A stretch of DNA of 34,835 bases from assembly GCA_032718475.1 (NCBI GenBank), contig JAUCBJ010007233.1:1-34835 (forward strand), in the 5' to 3' direction. The translations under genes and the position numbers were made by a program. Shown piece by piece: positions 23,420 to 34,000 of the stretch; position 1 is the stretch's first letter, and the number at the start of each line of letters is the position of its first letter. Under the pieces are notes generated by a model, which saw nothing but the letters and a program-made list of their open reading frames with translations, did not search any database and had not been told where the DNA came from. The stretch is from Nemertoderma westbladi. Taxonomy: Eukaryota > Animalia > Xenacoelomorpha.

Positions 23420-23696
23420 GCCCATGTGAAGAATACCAGGATTTCACTTTTCGGTCGACTTTTTATTGGAATTTTATATATGAAGATTATTTATTTTTTT
23501 TAATTTATCTTTATTAAGTGTTTTATAGCGCTTATTTCTGTCTTATAACCTGTACATATACTAATTCGTTTATTGTTTTGGTTAGATTCAGCCCTTCTGT
23601 AACCTGTATATTTGGTGAAAACCTGGTATTCTTCACATTGGGGTAACTGCAAAGTGAAATATAACGGCAGAAAGTCTGGTATACTTCACATGGGCC
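23420..23696. mobile_element. Small MULE-like MITE nested in the larger MULE
   Basis: TIR GCCCATGTGAAGAATACCAG / CTGGTATACTTCACATGGGC(C). Flanking direct repeat CAGTTAATC (23411-23419 and 23697-23705). An extra internal TIR copy lies at ~23614-23643. Confidence 0.8.
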
Positions 23697-23765
23697 CAGT
23701 TAATCGTATGTCAGATATGTAGGATATCACAGCCCACACTAAAAAAGCATTAAAAAAAGCACTAG

Positions 23766-24234
23766 GGTCCTACGAATTACCCCAAAATACCCCAAAACAC
23801 CCCAAAATACTCCAAAATACCCCAAAATAGTCAAAAATTACCCCAAAATACCCCAAAAAGGCAAAAAAATTACCCCAAAATACCCCAAAATAAGCTAACA
23901 ATGTTTTTTAACAGCGAGGGAAAGGAGCAGGTTACAGTGGCAAGTTTTTTTTAACCAAAACAATAAACGAGAGTGAAGAAAAAATTTTTAATTATTTTGG
24001 GGTAATTCGTCATTATTTTGGGGTAATTCGTCATTTTACCATATTTTGGGGTAAATTAAATTTCCAAAACAAAGGCTCAAAAAAAGTATTTTGGGGTAAT
24101 TCTAAACTATTTTGGGGTATTTTGGGGTATTTATAAACTATTTTGGGGTATTTTGGGGTAGTTTTATACTATTTTGGGGTCTTTTGGGGTATTTTGGGGT
24201 GTTTTGGGGTATTTTGGGGTAATTCGTAGGACCG
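23766..24234. mobile_element. MULE/foldback-like MITE with TACCCCAAAA subterminal repeats
   Basis: TIR GGTCCTACGAATTACCCCAAAATACCCCAAAA / TTTTGGGGTATTTTGGGGTAATTCGTAGGACC(G). Flanking direct repeat AAGCACTAG (23757-23765 and 24235-24243). Confidence 0.88.
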
Positions 24235-25254
24235 AAGCACTAGCCGATCAGGTGTTCGTGTTTTTCATTTTAAGGCTGTCAAAAAAATCCGATGTCCGAA
24301 TGTCCGAATATTTCGCTCTTTTATATTTGCGAACAGACAACTGTGACATAAACTCTAAAGGCAGGTAGGCCCTTAATCAACAGTCCACGTAATTACTGTA
24401 TAGGATAATTATTTCCTGTATTACAGTGTTGCACAATGGTAAACATTTAAAAGCCAAATGGAATGATTCATTCTTTAAGTTCCCTTTCAGCTTCAGCCTA
24501 TGTACATGATTGAGCCAATCAGGTTACAATTTACCGGCTTCAGTCCGCCATTTGTCCAGACAACAAAGAGCGGATTCTTAGTTTGGAAGTCGATAATTCA
24601 AATTGACCGCGCGGATTTTGGCAATCCCCAGTCCGTAGTCCGCAGTCCGCTCTTTACATGCACCCGTATTATAGTCCTACCGCTACCTCTGGTATATGGG
24701 AATAGTACAGTTAGAAAGTCAGATGAAGTTGAAGTTGAAGTTGTTTATTGTCAGAAACGCATGAAATACACAGAAATACATATACATAAGAACATATACA
24801 TAATATACATTTATATGTTAAAGATTATCAAATAAAATGTTCTGACGGGGATAACTGCATGAGTTCATAGAACTCGTTTCCATGCAGGTCCCCTCTTAAA
24901 ATGATTTATGCAGCTTAAATTTAAAATCGTTTAAAATTACATATGGATAAAATAAAACATGAAAATATATACAGTGTCATAATACAGTAATATGCAAATT
25001 AATTGGACGAAATAATAACATACGGTTGAAATATCCTGGTATTTGGTATTAATCGCCGTAGTATTGATCACTATTCAATATACTGTAGTACAGTATTAAT
25101 CATGTTCACCTCTAAGCAAAATACTGTAGTATTACTTATATTCATCTCTAAGCAAAATACTGTGGTAATCATATTCACCTCTGTCTAATCAAAATACATA
25201 ATTATATGATGTTAGACAACCACGACGTAGTATTATTTAATGTTCACCTCTATT

Positions 25255-26280
25255 CAAAATACTGTAGCATTAATTATATTCACCACTAATCAAAATACCG
25301 TAGTATTGTCTAGTGTTCACCTCTATTCAAAATACTATAGCATTAATTATATTCACCACTAATCAAAATACCGTAGTATTGTCTAGTGTTCACCTCTATT
25401 CAAAATACTGTAGGATTAATTATATTCACCACTAATCAAAATACCGTAGTATTGTCTAGTGTTCACCTCTATTCAAAATACTGTAGCATTAATTATATTC
25501 ACCACTAATCAAAATACCGTAGTATTGTCTAGTGTTCACCTCTATTCAAAATACTGTAGCATTAATTATATTCACCACTAATCAAAATACCGTAGTATTG
25601 TCTAGTGTTCACCTCTATTCAAAATACTGTAGCATTAATTATATTCACCACTAATCAAAATACCGTAGTATTGTCTAGTGTTCACCTCTATTCAAAATAC
25701 TGTAGCATTAATTATATTCACCACTAATCAAAATACCGTAGTATTGTCTAGTGTTCACCTCTATTCAAAATACTATAGCATTAATTATATTCACCACTAA
25801 TCAAAATACCGTAGTATTGTCTAGTGTTCACCTCTATTCAAAATACTGTAGCATTAATTATATTCACCACTAATCAAAATACCGTAGTATTGTCTAGTGT
25901 TCACCTCTATTCAAAATACTGTAGCATTAATTATATTCACCACTAATCAAAATACCGTAGTATTGTCTAGTGTTCACCTCTATTCAAAATACTGTAGCAT
26001 TAATTATATTCACCACTAATCAAAATACCGTAGTATTGTCTAGTGTTCACCTCTATTCAAAATACTGTAGCATTAATTATATTCACCACTAATCAAAATA
26101 CCGTAGTATTGTCTAGTGTTCACCTCTATTCAAAATACTGTAGCATTAATTATATTCACCACTAATCAAAATACCGTAGTATTGTCTAGTGTTCACCTCT
26201 ATTCAAAATACTGTAGCATTAATTATATTCACCACTAATCAAAATACCGTAGTATTGTCTAGTGTTCACATCTAATCAAA
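25255..26280. repeat. Tandem array in the LINE 3' UTR, 73-bp unit (36+37-bp related subunits), ~14 copies, with degenerate monomers on both sides (~25075-26430)
   Basis: Unit CAAAATACTGTAGCATTAATTATATTCACCACTAAT-CAAAATACCGTAGTATTGTCTAGTGTTCACCTCTATT read directly. Confidence 0.96.
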
Positions 26281-26763
26281 ATACCGTATCAAAATAGCCT
26301 AGTATTAATCTCTCTAATCAAAATCAAAATACCGTAGTATTGTCTAGTGTTCACCTCTAATCAAGATACCGTATCAAAATACCCTAGTATTAATCTCTCT
26401 AATCAAAATACCGTAGTATTATTCAGTATTCACCTAGTATCAATCATATTCATCATATAATAAAAAAAAAAAATACATAGTACACAAAAATACATAATAC
26501 ACCTAATATAACAGAACAAATTCCATTTTAAAGTACCGTAGTATTTTTATTATTATTAAAAATATTTATTTATTTAAGTTAAGGCGAATTAAATTAAAAT
26601 CTTAAAATATTTAAAAAAGAGTTTTAATGGTTAAAGCTCTCAACAACGCAAATAAGTAGTTAATAGGGCTCTAACTGGCTGACTGTAACTTAATGATAAC
26701 AGTATTAAATAATAATATAGATTTTCATTTTCAGCGGCCATTGACTAATATCTGTTATTGAAT

Positions 26764-29700
26764 TTAAATAAAAATGTAGTCATTATTTTCATTTTCAGCT
26801 GCCATTGACAAAAGGTATCTTTTTACAGAGTGTTTGAAAGTTTCCAGAGTTTCACAGCTGCGAGTAACCAATGGTAGACCGTTCCAACCAACGGCCCCGC
26901 GGTACGAAAAGGAACTGCACCCTCTAACCAGGTTACGACGAGGTATGACGGCCCGGTTCTCGCCTCCTGATCGCAGCCCAGAGTGACCCTCGGAGAAGGA
27001 GACGATTTCGCTTAGGTAAGTAGGTGCTATTCCGCGGTAAATTTTGTACATCATCGTTACAAGCAACTGTTCAATGCGATATTCCACAGGTAGCCACGAT
27101 AACTCTTTGAAGTGTGCAACAGATACGTGAGCACGCCGGTCGAGATCAAGACAAAATCGCACACATTTTCTCTGTAACGCTCGGAGTGAGTGAGTGAGTG
27201 GACGAACTGAAGTACCAGCATGCTGACATGAAGTCGAGGTGAGGTTGGATCAAGGAGTTACATAATAGACGCTTTGTGTAGCGGTTCAGGGACCCACCAA
27301 AGCGATACATAAAGCGCAACGTCGCATTGCCTTTTTTTATTATCTTCAACGCCATGACGTCACCAGAAAGATATTGGTTCATGCAGCAGCCGAGGTACTT
27401 TACTTCAGAAACTTGGCGTATAGGGATATTATTGCAGTGTACAATGAGTTCAGATGCGGAGGCTAATCGCTGGGGAGTCCCAAACAAGATACATTCCGTC
27501 TTCTTAAAGTTGAGGCTAAGTTTATTGTCCACGGCCCACCAGTAGACCCTGGTTAATTGTTTGCTAAGCTGACCGGCTATCATCGGTATATTGGAATGAG
27601 AGACCGTGAGGTTCGCATCGTCGGCCAATTTCATTGATATACAGTTCGGTTCAATGGAAGCAGTTGCTATCGTAGATGTTGAAGGGCTAGTTGAAGTAGG
27701 TTCCACATAGTCCTTAGTTGCGATGTTCATGTCATTTATGTAGATAATGAACAGTAGAACTGCTAACAAACTTCCTTGCGGCACCCCACATGTTATATCC
27801 ATATACTCTGAAGACACATTTCCAATAGTCACTGTCTGCATTCGGTGTTCCAGGTAGGATCGAAACCAGGCCACTGCTTCTGGAGAGAGACCAATGAGTA
27901 CGAGTTTCGCTAGCAGCCGCTCGTGGTTCACAGTATCGAAGGCCTTTCGCAGGTCGATGAAGACAACTCCTGTGTATTTACCGTCATCCATAGCCTCTCG
28001 TATATGATTAGACAGATATAACAGACATGTCTCAGGCGAGTAACCCTTCCTGTAGCCAGACTGTAGTGGATCATACAGATTATTGTTAATGATATACTCA
28101 GTCATTTGATCATATGCGATCCCCTCAATTACCTTTGATAGGACAGCTAAGAGTGACACAGGTCGATAATTCCCATGCTCTAGGTGCGTTTCCTTCTTAT
28201 ATACCGGATTAACCCTTGCTATTTTGAAGGCTTTTGGAAATTTTGACTGGGAAAATGATAGGTTGATTAAATGAGTCATAGGCCCTGCGATGGTTTCTCC
28301 ACAATCCCTAAGGAAGCTTGGTGTTAGGCCATCTAGTCCTGGACTTTTATCTATCTTTAGGGTAGATAGTTTTTTAGCAACAGTTTGCTCATCAACGTGT
28401 TGGAATTTGAAACTATTTAGGATAACACCCTTCTTCCTGTAAAATTTTGCAACACCTTCAAGATCGAACGCACCGCTTGATTGGGGAAGATTGTTCACCA
28501 AATTTGAAGCAATTGATGAAAAGAACTCATTGAATTTAGTGGCCATTAGCTTCTGATCTGTTATTAGTTCATTATTAACCATCAGAGAAGTCACCATAGT
28601 GGATGAGACATTCTTACACGGGGCACCCAAATCCTTTAGTGTCTTCCATAGTTTCTTCGAATCATTTCTGTAGGAATTTATTTTCTCCTTAATATACTCT
28701 TTTTTGGCTCTGCGCACTGCAGTTGTTGCTTCATTTACTGCATCTTTATAAGTTTGGCAGTTTACATTCGTTTTCGAGTTTATATAAGCATTCCATGCTT
28801 TGTTTTTCTCAGCAATTATCATTCGTACTGTAGAGTCAAGCCATTGGTCCGAACGACTTTTGATCCGCATCGTTCTCATTGGTGCCAGAGTATCTATAGA
28901 GTTGCTTGTAATATTTCTATTAGGTTTTCAATACCAGAATTAACGTCAGTAGCCGATTTTACATCAGCAAAAGAAGAGTTAGTTAGTAGCATCGAGACAG
29001 CAGAGTCTTTTTCGTACCTCTTGTATGACCGACACTGAATTTCTCGATGGCTGTTTAATTTTAACCGTGGCCTTTTCCTTGTAAAATATATAGCATGGTG
29101 GTCACTGATGCCTGATTTAATCACTCCAGATCTGGCTATCATATCTGTTTGTGCAGCAAAAATATGGTCAATCGTTGTACTTGATGATTCAGTTTCTCTG
29201 GTTGGTTCTTTAATAAGCTGTGATAATGCAGTGGAACAACAGAATGAATAAACGTGATGTATAGGTAAATAATCCGGAGTCCTGCGAGGTGGCTTGAGAG
29301 TTGATTGGTTATTCACTAGAGTCGTATCGCTGTTTGTGTCTCCAAGGAGATACAGTTCTTTGAAGCAGGCTTGCATCACCTAGCGCGGTTTCGAGGTCGT
29401 TAAAGAACTGGCGTGATAGTTCGGCATGTGGATTATAAAATACTCCAAATATTAAAGGTTTGGTATGTGGGAGGTGAATTGACCAAAGGAGACTTTCAAT
29501 TGATGTAGACAAGATGTCGCTACACAGAGCAAACTTTATATCATTATTGATGTAGGCACCTACTCCGCCTCCATTTCTATTGCGATCTCGCCTGATAAAA
29601 TTGTACCCATTAATACTAATTTCCTGATCAGTGATGCTGTCATCAAGCCATGTCTCAGTAATTGCTAGAATGTCTATTGTTTTTAGTTCGAGGATAATCT

Positions 29701-30277
29701 TGAGCTCAGCAAGCTTGCTCGTAAGACTGCGCACATTGAGGTGTATAGTATGAATTCCAGATGTAGAAAACATATCGAGCCAACTGTAGCAGTTTGTAGG
29801 AGATAGTCCTAGTCTTGTGGCTGCCGTGGTCCGAGGAGGTATGGATGGCAATGTCGGGGTCCGAGGAGGTTCGGACGGCGCTGCCGTGGGCCGAGGAGTT
29901 ATGGACAGCGCTGCCGTGGTCCGAGGAGGTACGGAAGACGCTGCGGTGGTCTGAGAAGGTAAGGACGGCGCTGTCGGGGCCCGAGGAATTACTGACGGTG
30001 GTGCCGTGATCCTAGTAGGTACGGACGGCGCTGCCGGGGTCTGAGGAGGTATGGACGGCGCTGTCGGGGTCCGAGGAATTACTGACGGTTGTGCCGTGAT
30101 CCTAGTAGGTACGGACGGCGCTGCCAGGGTCCAAGGAGGTATGGACGGTGCTGTCGGGGTCCGAGTAGGTATGGACGGCAATGTCGGGGTCCGAGGAGGT
30201 TCGGACGGCGCTGCCGTGGGCCGAGGAGTTATGCACAGCGCAGCCGTGGTCCGAGGAGGTACGGAAGACGTTGCCAT
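26764..30277 (-). pseudogene. LINE ORF2: apurinic-like endonuclease plus reverse transcriptase, three frameshifts
   Basis: APE motifs HLNVRSL, AITETWL, RDRNRNGGGV, LGDTN, PTR..TIDHIF, SDHHAI. RT motifs KSPGLDG, NYRPVSLL, QSGYR, FIDLRKAFDTV, GVPQGSLL, LADD (for YADD), KYLG. C-terminal LSWLPVEYRI...FSYRGAVGWNGLP...FKHSVK. Confidence 0.95.
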
Positions 30278-30435
30278 GGTCTGAGAAGGTAAGGACGGTG
30301 CCGTCAGGGTCCGAGGAATTACTGATGACGGTGCCGTGATCCTAGTAGGTACGGACGGCGCTGTCGGGGTCCGAGTAGGTATGGACGGCGCTGTCCGGGT
30401 CCAAGGAGGTACGGATGGCGCTGCCGATGTCCATG
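29815..30435. repeat. Coding minisatellite, 30-bp unit (10-aa Pro/Thr/Ala/Ser-rich, PSxPPRTxxA), ~21 copies, 330-bp higher-order duplication
   Basis: Units such as CTGTCGGGGTCCGAGGAGGTATGGACGGCG. The variant unit at 29881 recurs at 30211. No stops in the minus-strand coding frame. Confidence 0.93.
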
Positions 30436-30469
30436 GAGGAGGAGTATTGTCGAATAATAAGGTCGACCG

Positions 30470-31453
30470 TCAATCGACACGCTCCGCAATGGGCAGTTCC
30501 GTTGTCATTGGCTGTTCCCTTGTTGTTTGCAATTCTGTTGTCCTTTGCTCTCTTAGAGTGCGTCTTTTCTGTCGAGCTTTGTATTCTGCCTCTCTTTCTG
30601 CTTTTGACAAGTCCTTATCGAAGTAGTACGTTGTATCTCCGACGGTAAAATTTCTGCGGGAGATGACTAGATTAGCCTCTTCCGGATTGTTAAATGCCAA
30701 GAGCAATGGTCTCGCTGAGTTGTCGTCACGCGGTTTACCCAACCTGTTGAGTGATCGAAATTGTAATTTTTCACCCAGTGATTCCTCCAAGAATTTGGCA
30801 TCATTGGTTCGTTGTTGAGTTGGCTTATTGGCTGAGTTATCGCCAGGGATTCTTCTGATTACAGCATTACACTTACGTTGGTCGTTTAATCTTATGACTC
30901 TCTCGATTGATTCTGTATCAACACTCTGTTTGTCTGTGCCCTGTTGTGTTTGTATTTCAATTTTTTTATTGAGGTTTTCTAGATTTTTGGAGTTACGGCG
31001 AACTACATCAACCCAGCTCGGCCCACAATCTCCAACTGTATCATCATCTTCCTGGTTACTCAGCTTCGTTTCGAGATTACTTTGGGATTCCTCAATCTTC
31101 AGCAGTCTATCTTCCATCTCGCCCTTCAGTGTTGTTAACTCACAACCCATAACAATCGTGTCCTTGCCATCTAGTCCTTCTTTTAATACTCCACTCACTC
31201 TCTCCAGTTCTTGTTGCAACATCAGATTATCCTCTTCTAAGGACATCAGCCGGGAAGCAGCGCAAAAACCACATACAAATTTCTTGGTCGCAAAGGACTT
31301 TTTGCGGGACATTTCCTCGGGTACTTGAATTTCAGTCCAAATTGTACAGTTTGAACATTCGACACTTGTCTGAACGTATTTCTTTTGTGAATTTTTTTGT
31401 GATGTCGCTGACGGAGCCTTAACCAAAGATGATCTTCGATTCCCTTCATTCAT
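30470..31453 (-). CDS. LINE ORF1 protein (N-terminal CxxC...CxxC zinc-finger-like motif, coiled coil, RRM/C-terminal domain)
   Basis: CSNC...FVCGFC, heptad-rich region, RKCNAVIRRI, RLGKP...ARPLLLAF, YFDKDLSKAER. Lies directly upstream of ORF2. Confidence 0.85.
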   Translation of the reverse strand: MNEGNRRSSLVKAPSATSQKNSQKKYVQTSVECSNCTIWTEIQVPEEMSRKKSFATKKFVCGFCAASRLMSLEEDNLMLQQELERVSGVLKEGLDGKDTIVMGCELTTLKGEMEDRLLKIEESQSNLETKLSNQEDDDTVGDCGPSWVDVVRRNSKNLENLNKKIEIQTQQGTDKQSVDTESIERVIRLNDQRKCNAVIRRIPGDNSANKPTQQRTNDAKFLEESLGEKLQFRSLNRLGKPRDDNSARPLLLAFNNPEEANLVISRRNFTVGDTTYYFDKDLSKAEREAEYKARQKRRTLREQRTTELQTTREQPMTTELPIAERVD

Positions 31454-31922
31454 TTTGGAGGTTGTCTCTGTTCAGCAGTTGGTGTGATGCAATGCAGACC
31501 AGCAATACCAGTTATAATATATATAATTACAAATCAATAGGATACGTAATCAGTACAATATAAACGAGAAGGGTTTGTAACGTCCAACCATATACAGTAG
31601 AGAAACACACGGAGAGAAGCACACCGGGAGAAGTGTGACGCTGATTGCCTGGAACTTTATGGTGCTGTCAGGAAATTAGTACACGCTTATATAGTACTAG
31701 CAGGCAATACCCGATACATGTTACCCAGTATTTCCCGCTACCGGCATAGGCCTACTGGCGTACGACAGATTGAGCATTCTAGTCTAGATAGTCTAGTTAC
31801 AGTACATTCAACTGGACGGCTGTATGGCCTTACCCTGGTACAGTGGTAGCCCGTACTCGTATGATGCTACCGGTACGGTACCGCGACCGTTCCGGTACAG
31901 GTAGGCCTAGGTGGTACCATTT

Positions 31923-32532
31923 GGCCCGTATGCTAAGTGATTTTTTTGTGCGCCCAACGCGACGCGGCGCAGAAAAAAATGTGCGCCTGCGCAGTCGAAA
32001 ACAGTGCAAAATCCGCGTGCGCAGCAGAAAAACTGCGCGAGATTGGCGCGCGCAGCAGAAATTCTGCGCGAGATTGGCGCGCACAGCAGAAATACTGCGC
32101 GAAATCTCCTACCACGTACCTGGCTGCCTACTGCTGTACTGGCCTAAAGCTGTAAAGCACACCAAGCAGCCAAGTAGCAAGTAGGAGGCTTATTATTTCA
32201 GTATTTCTTACAGTCTTATCTGTATTGTCATTACCCTGTTACCGGTAGTCAGCAGACTGCCAGGGGTAGTGGGTAGGTCTACTTACCGGTACTGACTTAG
32301 TGCTGTAGTGCAAGTCTGAGCCGTGCTATCAATTTTCTGCGCCTGCGCCTGTCGCGCCGCGCTCTAAATTTTCTGCGCCTGCGCGCTGCGCGGCGCTGCG
32401 CTGCGCTCTCAATTTTCTGCGCCTGCGCGCTGCGCGGCGCTGCGCTCTCAATTTTCTGCGCCTGCTCCAAATTATGGAAAAAATTGTGCGCCGAACGCGT
32501 TCGGCGTACATGCCCTACTTAGCAGAATGGCC
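31923..32532. mobile_element. GC-rich MITE with inverted GCGCAGAAAA subterminal repeats
   Basis: Ends GGCCCGTATGCTAAGT / ACTTAGCAGAATGGCC, each flanked by ATTT. Left half carries GCGCAG(C)AGAAA repeats, right half TTTTCTGCGC repeats. Superfamily uncertain. Confidence 0.65.
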
Positions 32533-32648
32533 ATTTGGTAGTAATTAAATCAATTACTATACTGCTATAGGCTGATAGGTAGGTATTTAAGGTGCCGTAT
32601 TACAACATTAGGCTAAACTACCAACAGAACAAGTTATTTATTATTATT

Positions 32649-34000
32649 ATGCCTAATTATTGTTGCGTATTTGGCTGCGACGGCAATTACGCAGGAAATC
32701 CCGTTCGTGTAGTGAAACTTCCTCCTGTCGATGCCGAACGAGATCAGTGGATCGCCGCGCTACCACGATGCAATGCAGATGACGGCTCTCTGTTTAAGTA
32801 TGGAAGCACTGCCGTCATTTGTACTCAACAGTGGCCAGAGTTTTCCAAGGGAATTCCGCACAAGAAAGTCCCTGGCGGTTCCTTGCGACCAACAATATTC
32901 CATTATACTTCCCTGGACTTCCCTTATCGTGAGTTCCGCCGCGACCCCCCACTCCACGAGACATCCCTCCCATTGAGGAACGCCAACTTCAGTTACTCAA
33001 TGAGTGCATGGAGTGAGATTTAATTGGGGGCTTTTTGCAGCTGACTGAACCTGCCTGCCTGTTGTTTCTATGTGGCTAAAGGGAATTGCAGGATACAGTC
33101 GCGTACTGACATTTTTGTGAAACTATCGCAGTTCCAAGTATTGCTCTTCTTTTTCCATAACGCAGTATACAGTATATTGGACAGGTTTCACTTTCATCAA
33201 AGAGTCAACTTTCCTCGGACCTGTTTGTATCAGCCGATCGGCGGTTGATCAGCTGGGTTGCAGCTTGGGGTTTTCGCATTGCCTCGCTCGTAATAGCCAA
33301 CTAATACGTTGGTCTCAGTTGGAAGAAGTCATTGCAGTCGTGAAACGTAATGTTGGTACTACGACATCGCTACTTACGAAAGCTAAGGAGTACGTTAATG
33401 CCGCGATTGATCTTGAGTCATCCAAATATAAGTCTCAGCTTGAGTTTATACTTTAGACTTTGTTCTATTAGACGATATCCCATCCACTTTGAAAGCACCT
33501 GAACATCCGAAAGTATGTCCTAATAACAACGGAAATGCTGAGAAAAATTTAACAGCTAGTGGATATTGAAGTCAGTTATGATGAGTTTCAGGCAGCTGGA
33601 TACGTCGCAGGATTCCTGGTAAAGGTAATCCCAGAGTTAGACATCACAGGTGATATTTAAGAGGAGGATAATATATTTACCCAAGCCTTAACTCGTGGTG
33701 TATTACAACTTAATCCGCATCACCTGGTATGGTGGACCAGGACCATGGCGTCTGCTGCATGGGTGGATGCTGTACATGATGGAACTATACCTATACGGTA
33801 CTACAAACAACTAACTCAAGTAATACACATTATTGCGGTCTATTACGGTATATCCCAACTGCCACCAATAGCTGATTGCTGTACCCTAGCAAACGCCCTT
33901 CTTAATGAAGTACAAAAGCGATCTATGGAAAGGCAGAAACGGCGCGACTCACATTCTGGTGATAAGGCAGCACAAACTAAATTCCTCCGAATAACGGGAA
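32649..34000 (+). pseudogene. Decayed, internally deleted THAP-domain (P-element/THAP9-like) transposase
   Basis: THAP motif MPNYCCVFGC...KLP...RDQWIAALP...ICTQQWP (His lost). Fragment RWSQLEEVI...SQLEFIL. C-terminal AAGYVAGFLVK...LTRGVLQ (from ~33580, in frame with ORF 33745 across one TAA). No catalytic core seen. Confidence 0.7.

Larger units (their letters stand above)
22534..24665. mobile_element. Non-autonomous Mutator-like element (MULE) with ~170-190-bp TIRs
   Basis: GGGTGCATGTAAAGAGCGGACTGCGGA... / ...TCCGCAGTCCGCTCTTTACATGCACCC. Perfect 9-bp TSD GTATTATAG (22525-22533 and 24666-24674). Confidence 0.92.
24724..31650 (-). mobile_element. Near full-length CR1/L2-group LINE, inactivated by frameshifts
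   Basis: ORF1, APE, RT, a long 3' UTR with terminal stem-loop (24847-24893), AATAAA and an (AACTTC)n tail ending at 24724. The 5' boundary is approximate and no TSD was seen. Confidence 0.9.

Noticed and set aside
23766-24234. Interstitial telomere or chromosome fusion
   Set aside because: The unit is a 10-mer within TIRs bounded by a target-site duplication, so it is a MITE.
20436-24835. Scattered 60-113-aa ORFs (20436, 21215, 22063, 22204, 22974, 23282, 24174, 24500)
   Set aside because: They are low-complexity or lie within MITEs and microsatellites, with no recognisable domains.
5921-26280. CRISPR-like appearance of the 30-37-bp repeats
   Set aside because: Units are head-to-tail with no unique spacers, there are no cas genes and the context is eukaryotic.
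31830-32511. Arg/Ala-rich ORFs or a CpG-island promoter
   Set aside because: Explained by the GCGCAGAAAA subterminal repeats of a TIR element.
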